Assembly: GCA_964564625.1 (NCBI GenBank)
Contig: CAZMBE010000011.1
Location: forward strand, 17,519-81,518
Direction: 5' to 3'
Length of the DNA: 64,000 nucleotides
Source of the DNA: an uncultured Syntrophaceae bacterium
GTDB taxonomy: Bacteria; Desulfobacterota; Syntrophia; Syntrophales; UBA2185
Both the position numbers and the translations under genes were made by a program. The notes beneath the pieces are model-generated. The model was not told the origin of the DNA. It saw only the letters and a list, made by a program, of their open reading frames with translations, and did no database searches. Shown one piece after another: positions 62,109 through 64,000 of this stretch; position 1 is the first letter of the stretch; every line of letters starts with the position of its first letter.

Positions 62109-62401
62109 AATCCTACAAAAGCACTTTCTCCCAAAGCCTTTCAATATTTTATATCATCCGTTTCTCTATATGTAAAGATCAAACATGATACCTGGAATGT
62201 CGATATGTGCTCTGTGGGAGCGCAAATTCCAAGCGCTGTATCTTTATCATTACACCATGGAACTACAAATCACGATAAGTTTAAAATTTCGATCTTTAAA
62301 TGCGAACGACATAGCGAAACATGGATTCAGGATGTGAATAGATAAAGAAGATACATTATGCATCTTGCGGAAAGGATTATAGACGTTTCAAGATATAAAA
62401 A

Positions 62402-62968
62402 TCATATTAGCTCATACCTCATCGCCACATCACTCCATTTGTCCTTGGCTTGAAGAATCAGCTCACATACTTCCCTCACAGCCCCATCTCCACCTGAATT
62501 TTTTGTAATATAATGAACACACTTTTTTACATGCTCCGCTGCATCAGCTACAGCAACAGAAAACCCTGCCCTTCTCAACACAGGTATATCCACTATATCG
62601 TCTCCCATAAACGCTATATTTTCATACTTTAGAGACTTTTCTCGAAGAATCGCTTCAAATATGAGGAGTTTGTCATGGGTACCTTGATGAACTTCATTGA
62701 TACCCAGATCTTTTGCACGATGCTCGACAACTACTGACTTCCTGCCCGTCAAAAGGATGACATCAATACCATATCTCATTAACATTTTAATCCCGTGTCC
62801 GTCTCTCACATTAAAATGTTTTGCTTCATTGCCCAAATCGTCAATGATTATTTTTCCATCCGTCATTACTCCATCAACATCCAGGATAAGGACACAAACA
62901 TTTTTAATTTTCTTGTGCAACTTCTCCCCTATACGTTCATCCACACCATCATCCTCCGTTATTGGCAC
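62402..62968 (-). CDS. kdsC: 3-deoxy-D-manno-octulosonate 8-phosphate phosphatase KdsC
   Basis: 188 aa. LILDVDGVMTDG HAD motif I, DGHGIK, and FMGDDIVDIPVLRRAGFSVAVADA. Confidence 0.92.
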   Translation of the reverse strand: MPITEDDGVDERIGEKLHKKIKNVCVLILDVDGVMTDGKIIIDDLGNEAKHFNVRDGHGIKMLMRYGIDVILLTGRKSVVVEHRAKDLGINEVHQGTHDKLLIFEAILREKSLKYENIAFMGDDIVDIPVLRRAGFSVAVADAAEHVKKCVHYITKNSGGDGAVREVCELILQAKDKWSDVAMRYELI

Positions 62969-63807
62969 TCCTCGCCTTTTGACATCTCACGTTTTACGAT
63001 TGTGTCAATTTGTATAAGTGTCTGCAGAAGTTCGAAAAGCGAATCGAGACGCAATGAATTCGGGCCATCACACCTGGCACTCTCAGGATCAGGGTGAACT
63101 TCCAAAAAGATGCCATCAATTCCAACTGCAACGGAAGCCCTTGAAAGGTAGGGGACCATTTCACTCTGACCTCCCGATGCCGTACCTGTCCCTCCGGGCA
63201 GTTGAACGCTATGAGTAGCATCAAATATTACAGGATAACCCATCTCTCGCAGTATAGGGATCGAACGATAATCCGCAACAAGGTTGTTGTACCCAAAACT
63301 CGTACCCCTTTCCGTAATCATGACATTTTCATTCCCTGTTGAAGACACTTTAACCAGTATGTTGGCAATGTCCCATGGTGCAAGAAATTGCCCTTTCTTA
63401 ATATTGATAACTTTGGCCTTCCTGGCAACTTCAATAACAAAGTCTGTCTGCCTGCAAAGAAAGGCAGGCACTTGAACCACATCGAGAACCTCCGCAGCGT
63501 GATCAATTTCCTCGAAACGGTGCACATCAGAAAGTACGTGAATGCCAAAATCCCTTTTTATATCGGCCAATATCTGCAAACCTTTAGTAATGCCAGGGCC
63601 TCGGAAAGAATGTATCGACGTCCTGTTCGCCTTATCGTACGAGGCCTTGAATATGAAAGGCATATTCAATCGCCTGGTAATGTTTTTTAAAAAAAGTGCT
63701 ATTTCTCTCGTTGTCTGTTCATCCTCGATAACACAAGGACCTGCGATGAGTGCAAAGGGAGCTGTTCCCCCGATAACGATATCTTCTATAGCAATTTTCT
63801 TTGTCAT
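62959..63807 (-). CDS. kdsA: 2-dehydro-3-deoxyphosphooctonate aldolase (KDO-8-P synthase)
   Basis: 282 aa. FALIAGPCVIE, FKASYDKANRTS, QVPAFLCRQTD and DATHSVQLPGG motifs. Confidence 0.95.
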   Translation of the reverse strand: MTKKIAIEDIVIGGTAPFALIAGPCVIEDEQTTREIALFLKNITRRLNMPFIFKASYDKANRTSIHSFRGPGITKGLQILADIKRDFGIHVLSDVHRFEEIDHAAEVLDVVQVPAFLCRQTDFVIEVARKAKVINIKKGQFLAPWDIANILVKVSSTGNENVMITERGTSFGYNNLVADYRSIPILREMGYPVIFDATHSVQLPGGTGTASGGQSEMVPYLSRASVAVGIDGIFLEVHPDPESARCDGPNSLRLDSLFELLQTLIQIDTIVKREMSKGEECQ

Positions 63808-63872
63808 TTGCAGAAATCCCCTTTAGACACCATATGATCTGCCCAAATCGACCAAGTTATGTCTCTTGTACA

Positions 63873-64000
63873 TTATGAATCCTGATATTTTCTCTGCAGT
63901 ATTTTTACTTTTAACGCAGGAATTTTTTTTGCTGCCGTGCTCGAATCGGGGTTCAACTCATAGGCAACCCTATACGCCTTCAAGGCATCCTCATACATTC
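63873..64000 (-). CDS. 3' end of a window-truncated CDS, TPR-like C-terminus
   Basis: The minus strand reads MYEDALKAYRVAYELNPDSSTAAKKIPALKVKILQRKYQDS, then TAA (63875-63873). The A-x-x-Y-x-x-A-x-x-L-N-P pattern is TPR-like. Only 42 codons are visible. Confidence 0.35.
   Translation of the reverse strand, partial: MYEDALKAYRVAYELNPDSSTAAKKIPALKVKILQRKYQDS

Overview
64-kb window from an AT-rich (about 40% GC by eye) diderm bacterium. Gene content loosely fits an anaerobic Desulfobacterota- or Nitrospirota-like lineage: LPS export genes, an rpoN-hpf-ptsN-hprK-rapZ cluster, short-type Psd, family-4 UDG, a Cys-X5-His...Cys-X2-Cys adenylate-kinase lid and a PEP-CTERM-like tail. Taxonomy cannot be fixed from this window. 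Most of it is tightly packed housekeeping DNA. (i) 0.85-25.9 kb is an uninterrupted minus-strand array: rdgB, rph, amidase, rel, proS, ispG, aspartate aminotransferase, coaD, rsmD, asd, pssA, psd, DUF465, tsaB, rseP, dxr, cdsA, uppS, frr, pyrH, tsf, rpsB, argJ, secA and an M23 peptidase. Many junctions are ATGA or TAATG stop/start overlaps. (ii) 26.1-30.5 kb holds an EF-G paralog, mogA, a Mut7-C RNase-domain gene with an internal G9 tract, lapA-like, HIT and yfcE-like genes. (iii) 30.5-40.0 kb is a signalling island bracketed by unusually long non-coding spacers. It holds a 2185-aa protein (kinase-like / AAA_16 / TPR / GAF / PAS / HisKA-HATPase / REC / Hpt), a REC-coiled-coil-LuxR regulator and an orphan DHp-only histidine-kinase fragment gene. 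(iv) 40-45 kb holds a small ORF coupled to ligA, acyP, an aminotransferase, an FmdB zinc ribbon and adk. (v) 45.1-49.0 kb is a divergent pair of poorly characterised genes: an FGE-sulfatase-domain protein with a roughly 260-aa polyacidic linker, and a protein with twin topoisomerase-type zinc ribbons. (vi) 49-64 kb holds an MtnX-like HAD phosphatase, SPFH/NfeD, UDG4, coaBC, an M23 peptidase, and rapZ-hprK-ptsN-hpf-rpoN-lptB-lptA-lptC-kdsC-kdsA. One tRNA-Pro(TGG) is present. I recognised no rRNA, CRISPR array, transposase, integrase or phage gene. The best candidates for something new are the signalling island (iii) and the acidic FGE / zinc-ribbon pair (v). Both are hypotheses based on domain architecture, not demonstrated systems.
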